Source: the human T2T-CHM13v2.0 reference genome, Homo sapiens
Assembly (NCBI RefSeq): GCF_009914755.1
Contig: NC_060930.1
DNA: 64,000 nt
Strand: one strand, 5' to 3'
The position numbers and the translations under genes were made by a program. Every line of letters begins with the position of its first letter. The stretch's first letter is position 1. Below are positions 39,236 to 53,700 of this stretch, one piece after another. The notes below the pieces were generated by a model that was not told where the DNA came from, ran no database searches, and saw nothing but the letters and a program-made list of their open reading frames with translations.

Positions 39236-41786
39236 TTTGAAACACTGTTTTTGTAGGATTTCCAAGGGGATATTTATAGCGCATTGAGCCTACGGCGGAA
39301 AAAGAAACATCTTCCTATAAAAACTAGACAGAATACTTCTCAGAATCTGCTTTGCGATGTGTGCGTTCAACTCACAGAGTAAAACTTTTCTTTTGATAGA
39401 GCAGTTTTGAAACACTCTTTTTGTAGTATTTGCATGTGTATATTTAGAGCGCATTGAAGCCCACAGTAGAAAAGGAAATAACTTCACCTAAAACCTAGAC
39501 AGAAGCAATCTCAGAAACTACTTTGTGATGTGTACATTCAACTCACAGAGTGGAACTTTCCTCTTTATAGAGCAGTGTTGAAACACTCTTTTTGTAGAAA
39601 CTGCAAGTGGATATTTGGACCTCTTTGAGGCCTTCGTTGGAAACGGGATTTCTTCCTATAACCCTAGACAGAAGAATTTTCAGAAACCTCATTGTGATGT
39701 GTGCGTTCATCTCACAGAGTGGAGTCTTCCGTTTGATAGAGAAGTTTTGAAACCCTGTTCTTGTAGGATTTCCAAGTGGATATTTAGACCACTTTGAAGC
39801 CTATGATAGAAAAGGAAACATCTTCATGGAAAACATAGATAGAATCATCCTCAGAAACAACTTTGTGATGTGTGCGTTGAACTCACCGTCTTTAACCTTT
39901 CTTTTGGTAGAGAAGTTTTGAAACACTCTCTTTGTAAAGTCTACAAGTGGATATTTTGAGCCCTTGGAGGCATTCTTTGGAAAAGGGAATGTCTTCACAT
40001 AAAAGGCAGACGGAAGTGTTCTCAGAAACTGCTTTGTGATGTCTGTGTTCAACTCACAGAGTTTAACATTTCCTTTGATAGAGCGGTTTAGTAACCCTCT
40101 CTTTGTAGAATTTGGAAGTGTATACTAAGAGCGCTTTGAGGCCTATGGTAGAAAAGGAAATATCTTTCCATAAAAGCTAGACAGAAGCAATCTCAGAAAC
40201 TCCTTTGCGATGTCTGCATTCAACTCACCGAGTGGAACATTCCTCTTGAGAGAGCAGTTTGGAAACACTCTTTCTGTAGAATCAGCTTGTTTGTATTTGG
40301 ACCTCCTTGAGGCCTTCGTTGGAAACGGGTTTTCATCTTATAAACCCAGACAGAAGAATTCTCAGAGTCTTCTTTGTGATGTGTGCTTTCAACTCACCGA
40401 GATAAAGATTTCTCTTGATAGAGCAATTTGGAAACACTCTTTTTGTAGAATTTGCAAGGGTACATTGAGAGCGCTTTCAGGCCTATGGTAGAAAAGGGAA
40501 TATCTTTCCATAAAAGGTAGACAGAAGCAATCTCAGAAACTACTTTGTGATGTGTGCATTCAACTCACCGAGTGCAACGTTCCTCTTGACCGAGCAGTTT
40601 GGAAACATTGTTTCTGTAGAATCTGCAAGTGGATATTTGGACCTCTTTGAGGCCTTCGTTGGAAACGGGATTTCTTCCTATAAACCCAGACAGAAGAATT
40701 CTCAGAGACTTCTTTGTGATGTGTGAATTCAACTCACAGTGTGGATCCTTCCTTTTGATAGAGCAGTTTTGAAACCCTGTTTTTGTAGTATTTCCAAGCG
40801 GATATTTGGAACGCCTTGAAGCGTATGGTAGAAAAGGAAATATCTTCCCATAAAACCTAGACAGAACCAATCTCAGAAACGACTTTGTGATGTCTGCATT
40901 CAAGTCACAGAGTTGAACATTTCTCTTGATAGAGCAGTTTTGAAACCCTCTTTCTGAAGGATCTGCAAGTGGATATTTGGAACTCCTTTGGGTCTTCGTT
41001 GGAAACGGGATTTCTTCGTATAAATCTAGACAGAAGAATTCTCAGAAACTTCCTTGTGATGTGTGCATTCAACTCAGCGAGTGGCACCTTCCTTTGGATA
41101 CAGCAGTTTTGAAACACTGTTTTTGTAGTATTTCCAAGCGGATATTTAGAGCGCCTTGAAGCCTATGCTAGAAATGGAAATATCTCCCCATAAAACCAAG
41201 ACGGAAGCAATCTCAGAAACTAATGTGTGATGGCTGCATTCCACACACACGGTGGACCATTTCTCTTGATAGAGCAGTTTTGAAACACTCTTTCTGTAGA
41301 ATCTGCAAGTGGATAATTGGACCTCCTAGAGGCCTTCGTTGGAAACGGGATTTCTTCATCTAAACCTACAGAGAAGTATTCTCAGTAACTTCTTCGGATG
41401 TGTGCATTCGACGCACAGAATGGAACATTCCCTTTGATAGAGCAGTTTTGAGACACCGTTTTTGTAGAATTCCCAAGTGGATATTTAGAGCACTTTGAAG
41501 TCTCTGCTAGAAAAGGAAACATCTTCATGTAAAAAGTAGATAGAATCGTTCTCAGAAAGTGCTTAGTGTCGTGTGCGTTCAACTCACAGAGTTTAACGTT
41601 TCTTTTGATAGAGCGTTTCTGAAACACCCTTCTTGTAGTAGCTGCAAGTGGATATTTGGACCTATTGGAGGCCTTCTTTGGAAACGGGATTTCTTCATGT
41701 AACTCTAGATTGAAGAATTCTCAGAAACTCCTTTGTGATGTGTGCATTCAATTCAAAGAGTGAAACCTCCCTTTTCACAGAGCAGT
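39236..41786 (+). repeat. Second 15-mer HOR variant (2551 bp), copy c14
   Basis: Spacing 39290 to 41841 is 2551 bp, with the same junction sequence at 41023-41043. Confidence 0.97.
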
Positions 41787-44700
41787 TTTGAAACACTGTT
41801 TTTGTAGGATTTCCAAGGGGATATTTATAGCGCATTGAGCCTACGGCGGAAAAAGAAACATCTTCCTATAAAAACTAGACAGAATACTTCTCAGAATCTG
41901 CTTTGCGATGTGTGCGTTCAACTCACAGAGTAAAACTTTTCTTTTGATAGAGCAGTTTTGAAACACTCTTTTTGTAGTATTTGCATGTGTATATTTAGAG
42001 CGCATTGAAGCCCACAGTAGAAAAGGAAATAACTTCACCTAAAACCTAGACAGAAGCAATCTCAGAAACTACTTTGTGATGTGTACATTCAACTCACAGA
42101 GTGGAACTTTCCTCTTTATAGAGCAGTGTTGAAACACTCTTTTTGTAGAAACTGCAAGTGGATATTTGGACCTCTTTGAGGCCTTCGTTGGAAACGGGAT
42201 TTCTTCCTATAACCCTAGACAGAAGAATTTTCAGAAACCTCATTGTGATGTGTGCGTTCATCTCACAGAGTGGAGTCTTCCGTTTGATAGAGAAGTTTTG
42301 AAACCCTGTTCTTGTAGGATTTCCAAGTGGATATTTAGACCACTTTGAAGCCTATGATAGAAAAGGAAACATCTTCATGGAAAACATAGATAGAATCATC
42401 CTCAGAAACAACTTTGTGATGTGTGCGTTGAACTCACCGTCTTTAACCTTTCTTTTGGTAGAGAAGTTTTGAAACACTCTCTTTGTAAAGTCTACAAGTG
42501 GATATTTTGAGCCCTTGGAGGCATTCTTTGGAAAAGGGAATGTCTTCACATAAAAGGCAGACGGAAGTGTTCTCAGAAACTGCTTTGTGATGTCTGTGTT
42601 CAACTCACAGAGTTTAACATTTCCTTTGATAGAGCGGTTTAGTAACCCTCTCTTTGTAGAATTTGGAAGTGTATACTAAGAGCGCTTTGAGGCCTATGGT
42701 AGAAAAGGAAATATCTTTCCATAAAAGCTAGACAGAAGCAATCTCAGAAACTCCTCTGCGATGTCTGCATTCAACTCACCGAGTGGAACATTCCTCTTGA
42801 GAGAGCAGTTTGGAAACACTCTTTCTGTAGAATCAGCTTGTTTGTATTTGGACCTCCTTGAGGCCTTCGTTGGAAACGGGTTTTCATCTTATAAACCCAG
42901 ACAGAAGAATTCTCAGAGTCTTCTTTGTGATGTGTGCTTTCAACTCACCGAGATAAAGATTTCTCTTGATAGAGCAATTTGGAAACACTCTTTTTGTAGA
43001 ATTTGCAAGGGTACATTGAGAGCGCTTTCAGGCCTATGGTAGAAAAGGGAATATCTTTCCATAAAAGGTAGACAGAAGCAATCTCAGAAACTACTTTGTG
43101 ATGTGTGCATTCAACTCACCGAGTGCAACGTTCCTCTTGACCGAGCAGTTTGGAAACATTGTTTCTGTAGAATCTGCAAGTGGATATTTGGACCTCTTTG
43201 AGGCCTTCGTTGGAAACGGGATTTCTTCCTATAACCCCAGACAGAAGAATTCTCAGAGACTTCTTTGTGATGTGTGAATTCAACTCACAGTGTGGATCCT
43301 TCCTTTTGATAGAGCAGTTTTGAAACCCTGTTTTTGTAGTATTTCCAAGCGGATATTTGGAACGCCTTGAAGCGTATGGTAGAAAAGGAAATATCTTCCC
43401 ATAAAACCTAGACAGAACCAATCTCAGAAACGACTTTGTGATGTCTGCATTCAAGTCACAGAGTTGAACATTTCTCTTGATAGAGCAGTTTTGAAACCCT
43501 CTTTCTGAAGGATCTGCAAGTGGATATTTGGAACTCCTTTGGGTCTTCGTTGGAAACGGGATTTCTTCGTATAAATCTAGACAGAAGAATTCTCCGAAAC
43601 TTCTTTGGTTGTGTGCATTCAAGTCACAGAGTGGAACCTTCCTTTGGATAGAGCAGTTTGAAACGCCGTGGTTGTAGTATTTCCAAGCGGATATTAGAGC
43701 GCCTTGAGGCCTATGGTAGAAAAGGAAATATCTTCCCATAAAACCTAGACGGAAGCAATCTCAGAAACTACTGTGTGATGGCTGCATTCCACACACACGG
43801 TGGAACATTTCTCTTGATAGAGCAGTTTTGAAACACTCTTTCTGTAGAATCTGCAAGTGGATAATTGGACCGCCTTGAGGCCTTCGTTGGAAACGGGATT
43901 TCTTCATGTTACTCTAGATAGAAGAATTCTCAAACACTGCTATGTGATGTTTGCATTCAAGTCACAGAGTGCAACATTCCTCTTGGTAGAGCAGTTGGGA
44001 AACACTCCTTTTGTAGAATCTGCAATGGGATATTTGGACTTCTTTGAGGCCTTCGTTGGAAACGGGATTTCTTCGTATGAATCTAGACAGAAGAATTCTC
44101 AGAAACTTCCTTGTGATGTGTGCATTCAACTCAGCGAGTGGCACCTTCCTTTGGATACAGCAGTTTTGAAACACTGTTTTTGTAGTATTTCCAAGCGGAT
44201 ATTTAGAGCGCCTTGAAGCCTATGCTAGAAATGGAAATATCTCCTCATAAAACCAAGACAGAAGCAATCTCAGAAACTAATGTGTGATGGCTGCATTCCA
44301 CACACACGGTGGACCATTTCTCTTGATAGAGCAGTTTTGAAACACTCTTTCTGTAGAATCTGCAAGTGGATAATTGGACCTCCTAGAGGCCTTCGTTGGA
44401 AACGGGATTTCTTCATCTAAACCTACAGAGAAGAATTCTCAGTAACTTCTTCGGATGTGTGCATTCGACGCACAGAATGGAACATTCCCTTTGATAGAGC
44501 AGTTTTGAGACACCGTTTTTGTAGAATTCCCAAGTGGATATTTAGAGCACTTTGAAGTCTCTGCTAGAAAAGGAAACATCTTCATGTAAAAAGTAGATAG
44601 AATCGTTCTCAGAAAGTGCTTAGTGACGTGTGCGTTCAACTCACAGAGTTTAACGTTTCTTTTGATAGAGCGTTTCTGAAACACCCTTCTTGTAGTAGCT

Positions 44701-47700
44701 GCAAGTGGATATTTGGACCTATTGGAGGCCTTCTTTGGAAACGGGATTTCTTCATGTAACTCTAGATTGAAGAATTCTCAGAAACTCCTTTGTGATGTGT
44801 GCATTCAATTCAAAGAGTGAAACCTCCCTTTTCACAGAGCAGTTTTGAAACACTGTTTTTGTAGGATTTCCAAGGGGATATTTATAGCGCATTGAGCCTA
44901 CGGCGGAAAAAGAAACATCTTCCTATAAAAACTAGACAGAATACTTCTCAGAATCTGCTTTGCGATGTGTGCGTTCAACTCACAGAGTAAAACTTTTCTT
45001 TTGATAGAGCAGTTTTGAAACACTCTTTTTGTAGTATTTGCATGTGTATATTTAGAGCGCATTGAAGCCCACAGTAGAAAAGGAAATAACTTCACCTAAA
45101 ACCTAGACAGAAGCAATCTCAGAAACTACTTTGTGATGTGTACATTCAACTCACAGAGTGGAACTTTCCTCTTTATAGAGCAGTGTTGAAACACTCTTTT
45201 TGTAGAAACTGCAAGTGGATATTTGGACCTCTTTGAGGCCTTCGTTGGAAACGGGATTTCTTCCTATAACCCTAGACAGAAGAATTTTCAGAAACCTCAT
45301 TGTGATGTGTGCGTTCATCTCACAGAGTGGAGTCTTCCGTTTGATAGAGAAGTTTTGAAACCCTGTTCTTGTAGGATTTCCAAGTGGATATTTAGACCAC
45401 TTTGAAGCCTATGATAGAAAAGGAAACATCTTCATGGAAAACATAGATAGAATCATCCTCAGAAACAACTTTGTGATGTGTGCGTTGAACTCACCGTCTT
45501 TAACCTTTCTTTTGGTAGAGAAGTTTTGAAACACTCTCTTTGTAAAGTCTACAAGTGGATATTTTGAGCCCTTGGAGGCATTCTTTGGAAAAGGGAATGT
45601 CTTCACATAAAAGGCAGACGGAAGTGTTCTCAGAAACTGCTTTGTGATGTCTGTGTTCAACTCACAGAGTTTAACATTTCCTTTGATAGAGCGGTTTAGT
45701 AACCCTCTCTTTGTAGAATTTGGAAGTGTATACTAAGAGCGCTTTGAGGCCTATGGTAGAAAAGGAAATATCTTTCCATAAAAGCTAGACAGAAGCAATC
45801 TCAGAAACTCCTCTGTGATGTCTGCATTCAACTCACCGAGTGGAACATTCCTCTTGAGAGAGCAGTTTGGAAACACTCTTTCTGTAGAATCAGCTTGTTT
45901 GTATTTGGACCTCCTTGAGGCCTTCGTTGGAAACGGGTTTTCATCTTATAAACCCAGACAGAAGAATTCTCAGAGTCTTCTTTGTGATGTGTGCTTTCAA
46001 CTCACCGAGATAAAGATTTCTCTTGATAGAGCAATTTGGAAACACTCTTTTTGTAGAATTTGCAAGGGTACATTGAGAGCGCTTTCAGGCCTATGGTAGA
46101 AAAGGGAATATCTTTCCATAAAAGGTAGACAGAAGCAATCTCAGAAACTACTTTGTGATGTGTGCATTCAACTCACCGAGTGCAACGTTCCTCTTGACCG
46201 AGCAGTTTGGAAACATTGTTTCTGTAGAATCTGCAAGTGGATATTTGGACCTCTTTGAGGCCTTCGTTGGAAACGGGATTTCTTCCTATAACCCCAGACA
46301 GAAGAATTCTCAGAGACTTCTTTGTGATGTGTGAATTCAACTCACAGTGTGGATCCTTCCTTTTGATAGAGCAGTTTTGAAACCCTGTTTTTGTAGTATT
46401 TCCAAGCGGATATTTGGAATGCCTTGAAGCGTATGGTAGAAAAGGAAATATCTTCCCATAAAACCTAGACAGAACCAATCTCAGAAACGACTTTGTGATG
46501 TCTGCATTCAAGTCACAGAGTTGAACATTTCTCTTGATAGAGCAGTTTTGAAACCCTCTTTCTGAAGGATCTGCAAGTGGATATTTGGAACTCCTTTGGG
46601 TCTTCGTTGGAAACGGGATTTCTTCGTATAAATCTAGACAGAAGAATTCTCCGAAACTTCTTTGGTTGTGTGCATTCAAGTCACAGAGTGGAACCTTCCT
46701 TTGGATAGAGCAGTTTGAAACGCCGTGGTTGTAGTATTTCCAAGCGGATATTAGAGCGCCTTGAGGCCTATGGTAGAAAAGGAAATATCTTCCCATAAAA
46801 CCTAGACGGAAGCAATCTCAGAAACTACTGTGTGATGGCTGCATTCCACACACACGGTGGAACATTTCTCTTGATAGAGCAGTTTTGAAACACTCTTTCT
46901 GTAGAATCTGCAAGTGGATAATTGGACCGCCTTGAGGCCTTCGTTGGAAACGGGATTTCTTCATGTTACTCTAGATAGAAGAATTCTCAAACACTGCTAT
47001 GTGATGTTTGCATTCAAGTCACAGAGTGCAACATTCCTCTTGGTAGAGCAGTTGGGAAACACTCCTTTTGTAGAATCTGCAATGGGATATTTGGACTTCT
47101 TTGAGGCCTTCGTTGGAAACGGGATTTCTTCGTATGAATCTAGACAGAAGAATTCTCAGAAACTTCCTTGTGATGTGTGCATTCAACTCAGCGAGTGGCA
47201 CCTTCCTTTGGATACAGCAGTTTTGAAACACTGTTTTTGTAGTATTTCCAAGCGGATATTTAGAGCGCCTTGAAGCCTATGCTAGAAATGGAAATATCTC
47301 CCCATAAAACCAAGACAGAAGCAATCTCAGAAACTAATGTGTGATGGCTGCATTCCACACACACGGTGGACCATTTCTCTTGATAGAGCAGTTTTGAAAC
47401 ACTCTTTCTGTAGAATCTGCAAGTGGATAATTGGACCTCCTAGAGGCCTTCGTTGGAAACGGGATTTCTTCATCTAAACCTACAGAGAAGAATTCTCAGT
47501 AACTTCTTCGGATGTGTGCATTCGACGCACAGAATGGAACATTCCCTTTGATAGAGCAGTTTTGAGACACCGTTTTTGTAGAATTCCCAAGTGGATATTT
47601 AGAGCACTTTGAAGTCTCTGCTAGAAAAGGAAACATCTTCATGTAAAAAGTAGATAGAATCGTTCTCAGAAAGTGCTTAGTGACGTGTGCGTTCAACTCA

Positions 47701-50700
47701 CAGAGTTTAACGTTTCTTTTGATAGAGCGTTTCTGAAACACCCTTCTTGTAGTAGCTGCAAGTGGATATTTGGACCTATTGGAGGCCTTCTTTGGAAACG
47801 GGATTTCTTCATGTAACTCTAGATTGAAGAATTCTCAGAAACTCCTTTGTGATGTGTGCATTCAATTCAAAGAGTGAAACCTCCCTTTTCACAGAGCAGT
47901 TTTGAAACACTGTTTTTGTAGGATTTCCAAGGGGATATTTATAGCGCATTGAGCCTACGGCGGAAAAAGAAACATCTTCCTATAAAAACTAGACAGAATA
48001 CTTCTCAGAATCTGCTTTGCGATGTGTGCGTTCAACTCACAGAGTAAAACTTTTCTTTTGATAGAGCAGTTTTGAAACACTCTTTTTGTAGTATTTGCAT
48101 GTGTATATTTAGAGCGCATTGAAGCCCACAGTAGAAAAGGAAATAACTTCACCTAAAACCTAGACAGAAGCAATCTCAGAAACTACTTTGTGATGTGTAC
48201 ATTCAACTCACAGAGTGGAACTTTCCTCTTTATAGAGCAGTGTTGAAACACTCTTTTTGTAGAAACTGCAAGTGGATATTTGGACCTCTTTGAGGCCTTC
48301 GTTGGAAACGGGATTTCTTCCTATAACCCTAGACAGAAGAATTTTCAGAAACCTCATTGTGATGTGTGCGTTCATCTCACAGAGTGGAGTCTTCCGTTTG
48401 ATAGAGAAGTTTTGAAACCCTGTTCTTGTAGGATTTCCAAGTGGATATTTAGACCACTTTGAAGCCTATGATAGAAAAGGAAACATCTTCATGGAAAACA
48501 TAGATAGAATCATCCTCAGAAACAACTTTGTGATGTGTGCGTTGAACTCACCGTCTTTAACCTTTCTTTTGGTAGAGAAGTTTTGAAACACTCTCTTTGT
48601 AAAGTCTACAAGTGGATATTTTGAGCCCTTGGAGGCATTCTTTGGAAAAGGGAATGTCTTCACATAAAAGGCAGACGGAAGTGTTCTCAGAAACTGCTTT
48701 GTGATGTCTGTGTTCAACTCACAGAGTTTAACATTTCCTTTGATAGAGCGGTTTAGTAACCCTCTCTTTGTAGAATTTGGAAGTGTATACTAAGAGCGCT
48801 TTGAGGCCTATGGTAGAAAAGGAAATATCTTTCCATAAAAGCTAGACAGAAGCAATCTCAGAAACTCCTCTGCGATGTCTGCATTCAACTCACCGAGTGG
48901 AACATTCCTCTTGAGAGAGCAGTTTGGAAACACTCTTTCTGTAGAATCAGCTTGTTTGTATTTGGACCTCCTTGAGGCCTTCGTTGGAAACGGGTTTTCA
49001 TCTTATAAACCCAGACAGAAGAATTCTCAGAGTCTTCTTTGTGATGTGTGCTTTCAACTCACCGAGATAAAGATTTCTCTTGATAGAGCAATTTGGAAAC
49101 ACTCTTTTTGTAGAATTTGCAAGGGTACATTGAGAGCGCTTTCAGGCCTATGGTAGAAAAGGGAATATCTTTCCATAAAAGGTAGACAGAAGCAATCTCA
49201 GAAACTACTTTGTGATGTGTGCATTCAACTCACCGAGTGCAACGTTCCTCTTGACCGAGCAGTTTGGAAACATTGTTTCTGTAGAATCTGCAAGTGGATA
49301 TTTGGACCTCTTTGAGGCCTTCGTTGGAAACGGGATTTCTTCCTATAACCCCAGACAGAAGAATTCTCAGAGACTTCTTTGTGATGTGTGAATTCAACTC
49401 ACAGTGTGGATCCTTCCTTTTGATAGAGCAGTTTTGAAACCCTGTTTTTGTAGTATTTCCAAGCGGATATTTGGAACGCCTTGAAGCGTATGGTAGAAAA
49501 GGAAATATCTTCCCATAAAACCTAGACAGAACCAATCTCAGAAACGACTTTGTGATGTCTGCATTCAAGTCACAGAGTTGAACATTTCTCTTGATAGAGC
49601 AGTTTTGAAACCCTCTTTCTGAAGGATCTGCAAGTGGATATTTGGAACTCCTTTGGGTCTTCGTTGGAAACGGGATTTCTTCGTATAAATCTAGACAGAA
49701 GAATTCTCCGAAACTTCTTTGGTTGTGTGCATTCAAGTCACAGAGTGGAACCTTCCTTTGGATAGAGCAGTTTGAAACGCCGTGGTTGTAGTATTTCCAA
49801 GCGGATATTAGAGCGCCTTGAGGCCTATGGTAGAAAAGGAAATATCTTCCCATAAAACCTAGACGGAAGCAATCTCAGAAACTACTGTGTGATGGCTGCA
49901 TTCCACACACACGGTGGAACATTTCTCTTGATAGAGCAGTTTTGAAACACTCTTTCTGTAGAATCTGCAAGTGGATAATTGGACCGCCTTGAGGCCTTCG
50001 TTGGAAACGGGATTTCTTCATGTTACTCTAGATAGAAGAATTCTCAAACACTGCTATGTGATGTTTGCATTCAAGTCACAGAGTGCAACATTCCTCTTGG
50101 TAGAGCAGTTGGGAAACACTCCTTTTGTAGAATCTGCAATGGGATATTTGGACTTCTTTGAGGCCTTCGTTGGAAACGGGATTTCTTCGTATGAATCTAG
50201 ACAGAAGAATTCTCAGAAACTTCCTTGTGATGTGTGCATTCAACTCAGCGAGTGGCACCTTCCTTTGGATACAGCAGTTTTGAAACACTGTTTTTGTAGT
50301 ATTTCCAAGCGGATATTTAGAGCGCCTTGAAGCCTATGCTAGAAATGGAAATATCTCCCCATAAAACCAAGACAGAAGCAATCTCAGAAACTAATGTGTG
50401 ATGGCTGCATTCCACACACACGGTGGACCATTTCTCTTGATAGAGCAGTTTTGAAACACTCTTTCTGTAGAATCTGCAAGTGGATAATTGGACCTCCTAG
50501 AGGCCTTCGTTGGAAACGGGATTTCTTCATCTAAACCTACAGAGAAGAATTCTCAGTAACTTCTTCGGATGTGTGCATTCGACTCACAGAATGGAACATT
50601 CCCTTTGATAGAGCAGTTTTGAGACACCGTTTTTGTAGAATTCCCAAGTGGATATTTAGAGCACTTTGAAGTCTCTGCTAGAAAAGGAAACATCTTCATG

Positions 50701-53700
50701 TAAAAAGTAGATAGAATCGTTCTCAGAAAGTGCTTAGTGACGTGTGCGTTCAACTCACAGAGTTTAACGTTTCTTTTGATAGAGCGTTTCTGAAACACCC
50801 TTCTTGTAGTAGCTGCAAGTGGATATTTGGACCTATTGGAGGCCTTCTTTGGAAACGGGATTTCTTCATGTAACTCTAGATTGAAGAATTCTCAGAAACT
50901 CCTTTGTGATGTGTGCATTCAATTCAAAGAGTGAAACCTCCCTTTTCACAGAGCAGTTTTGAAACACTGTTTTTGTAGGATTTCCAAGGGGATATTTATA
51001 GCGCATTGAGCCTACGGCGGAAAAAGAAACATCTTCCTATAAAAACTAGACAGAATACTTCTCAGAATCTGCTTTGCGATGTGTGCGTTCAACTCACAGA
51101 GTAAAACTTTTCTTTTGATAGAGCAGTTTTGAAACACTCTTTTTGTAGTATTTGCATGTGTATATTTAGAGCGCATTGAAGCCCACAGTAGAAAAGGAAA
51201 TAACTTCACCTAAAACCTAGACAGAAGCAATCTCAGAAACTACTTTGTGATGTGTACATTCAACTCACAGAGTGGAACTTTCCTCTTTATAGAGCAGTGT
51301 TGAAACACTCTTTTTGTAGAAACTGCAAGTGGATATTTGGACCTCTTTGAGGCCTTCGTTGGAAACGGGATTTCTTCCTATAACCCTAGACAGAAGAATT
51401 TTCAGAAACCTCATTGTGATGTGTGCGTTCATCTCACAGAGTGGAGTCTTCCGTTTGATAGAGAAGTTTTGAAACCCTGTTCTTGTAGGATTTCCAAGTG
51501 GATATTTAGACCACTTTGAAGCCTATGATAGAAAAGGAAACATCTTCATGGAAAACATAGATAGAATCATCCTCAGAAACAACTTTGTGATGTGTGCGTT
51601 GAACTCACCGTCTTTAACCTTTCTTTTGGTAGAGAAGTTTTGAAACACTCTCTTTGTAAAGTCTACAAGTGGATATTTTGAGCCCTTGGAGGCATTCTTT
51701 GGAAAAGGGAATGTCTTCACATAAAAGGCAGACGGAAGTGTTCTCAGAAACTGCTTTGTGATGTCTGTGTTCAACTCACAGAGTTTAACATTTCCTTTGA
51801 TAGAGCGGTTTAGTAACCCTCTCTTTGTAGAATTTGGAAGTGTATACTAAGAGCGCTTTGAGGCCTATGGTAGAAAAGGAAATATCTTTCCATAAAAGCT
51901 AGACAGAAGCAATCTCAGAAACTCCTCTGCGATGTCTGCATTCAACTCACCGAGTGGAACATTCCTCTTGAGAGAGCAGTTTGGAAACACTCTTTCTGTA
52001 GAATCAGCTTGTTTGTATTTGGACCTCCTTGAGGCCTTCGTTGGAAACGGGTTTTCATCTTATAAACCCAGACAGAAGAATTCTCAGAGTCTTCTTTGTG
52101 ATGTGTGCTTTCAACTCACCGAGATAAAGATTTCTCTTGATAGAGCAATTTGGAAACACTCTTTTTGTAGAATTTGCAAGGGTACATTGAGAGCGCTTTC
52201 AGGCCTATGGTAGAAAAGGGAATATCTTTCCATAAAAGGTAGACAGAAGCAATCTCAGAAACTACTTTGTGATGTGTGCATTCAACTCACCGAGTGCAAC
52301 GTTCCTCTTGACCGAGCAGTTTGGAAACATTGTTTCTGTAGAATCTGCAAGTGGATATTTGGACCTCTTTGAGGCCTTCGTTGGAAACGGGATTTCTTCC
52401 TATAAACCCAGACAGAAGAATTCTCAGAGACTTCTTTGTGATGTGTGAATTCAACTCACAGTGTGGATCCTTCCTTTTGATAGAGCAGTTTTGAAACCCT
52501 GTTTTTGTAGTATTTCCAAGCGGATATTTGGAACGCCTTGAAGCGTATGGTAGAAAAGGAAATATCTTCCCATAAAACCTAGACAGAACCAATCTCAGAA
52601 ACGACTTTGTGATGTCTGCATTCAAGTCACAGAGTTGAACATTTCTCTTGATAGAGCAGTTTTGAAACCCTCTTTCTGAAGGATCTGCAAGTGGATATTT
52701 GGAACTCCTTTGGGTCTTCGTTGGAAACGGGATTTCTTCGTATAAATCTAGACAGAAGAATTCTCCGAAACTTCTTTGGTTGTGTGCATTCAAGTCACAG
52801 AGTGGAACCTTCCTTTGGATAGAGCAGTTTGAAACGCCGTGGTTGTAGTATTTCCAAGCGGATATTAGAGCGCCTTGAGGCCTATGGTAGAAAAGGAAAT
52901 ATCTTCCCATAAAACCTAGACGGAAGCAATCTCAGAAACTACTGTGTGATGGCTGCATTCCACACACACGGTGGAACATTTCTCTTGATAGAGCAGTTTT
53001 GAAACACTCTTTCTGTAGAATCTGCAAGTGGATAATTGGACCGCCTTGAGGCCTTCGTTGGAAACGGGATTTCTTCATGTTACTCTAGATAGAAGAATTC
53101 TCAAACACTGCTATGTGATGTTTGCATTCAAGTCACAGAGTGCAACATTCCTCTTGGTAGAGCAGTTGGGAAACACTCCTTTTGTAGAATCTGCAATGGG
53201 ATATTTGGACTTCTTTGAGGCCTTCGTTGGAAACGGGATTTCTTCGTATGAATCTAGACAGAAGAATTCTCAGAAACTTCCTTGTGATGTGTGCATTCAA
53301 CTCAGCGAGTGGCACCTTCCTTTGGATACAGCAGTTTTGAAACACTGTTTTTGTAGTATTTCCAAGCGGATATTTAGAGCGCCTTGAAGCCTATGCTAGA
53401 AATGGAAATATCTCCCCATAAAACCAAGACAGAAGCAATCTCAGAAACTAATGTGTGATGGCTGCATTCCACACACACGGTGGACCATTTCTCTTGATAG
53501 AGCAGTTTTGAAACACTCTTTCTGTAGAATCTGCAAGTGGATAATTGGACCTCCTAGAGGCCTTCGTTGGAAACGGGATTTCTTCATCTAAACCTACAGA
53601 GAAGAATTCTCAGTAACTTCTTCGGATGTGTGCATTCGACGCACAGAATGGAACATTCCCTTTGATAGAGCAGTTTTGAGACACCGTTTTTGTAGAATTC

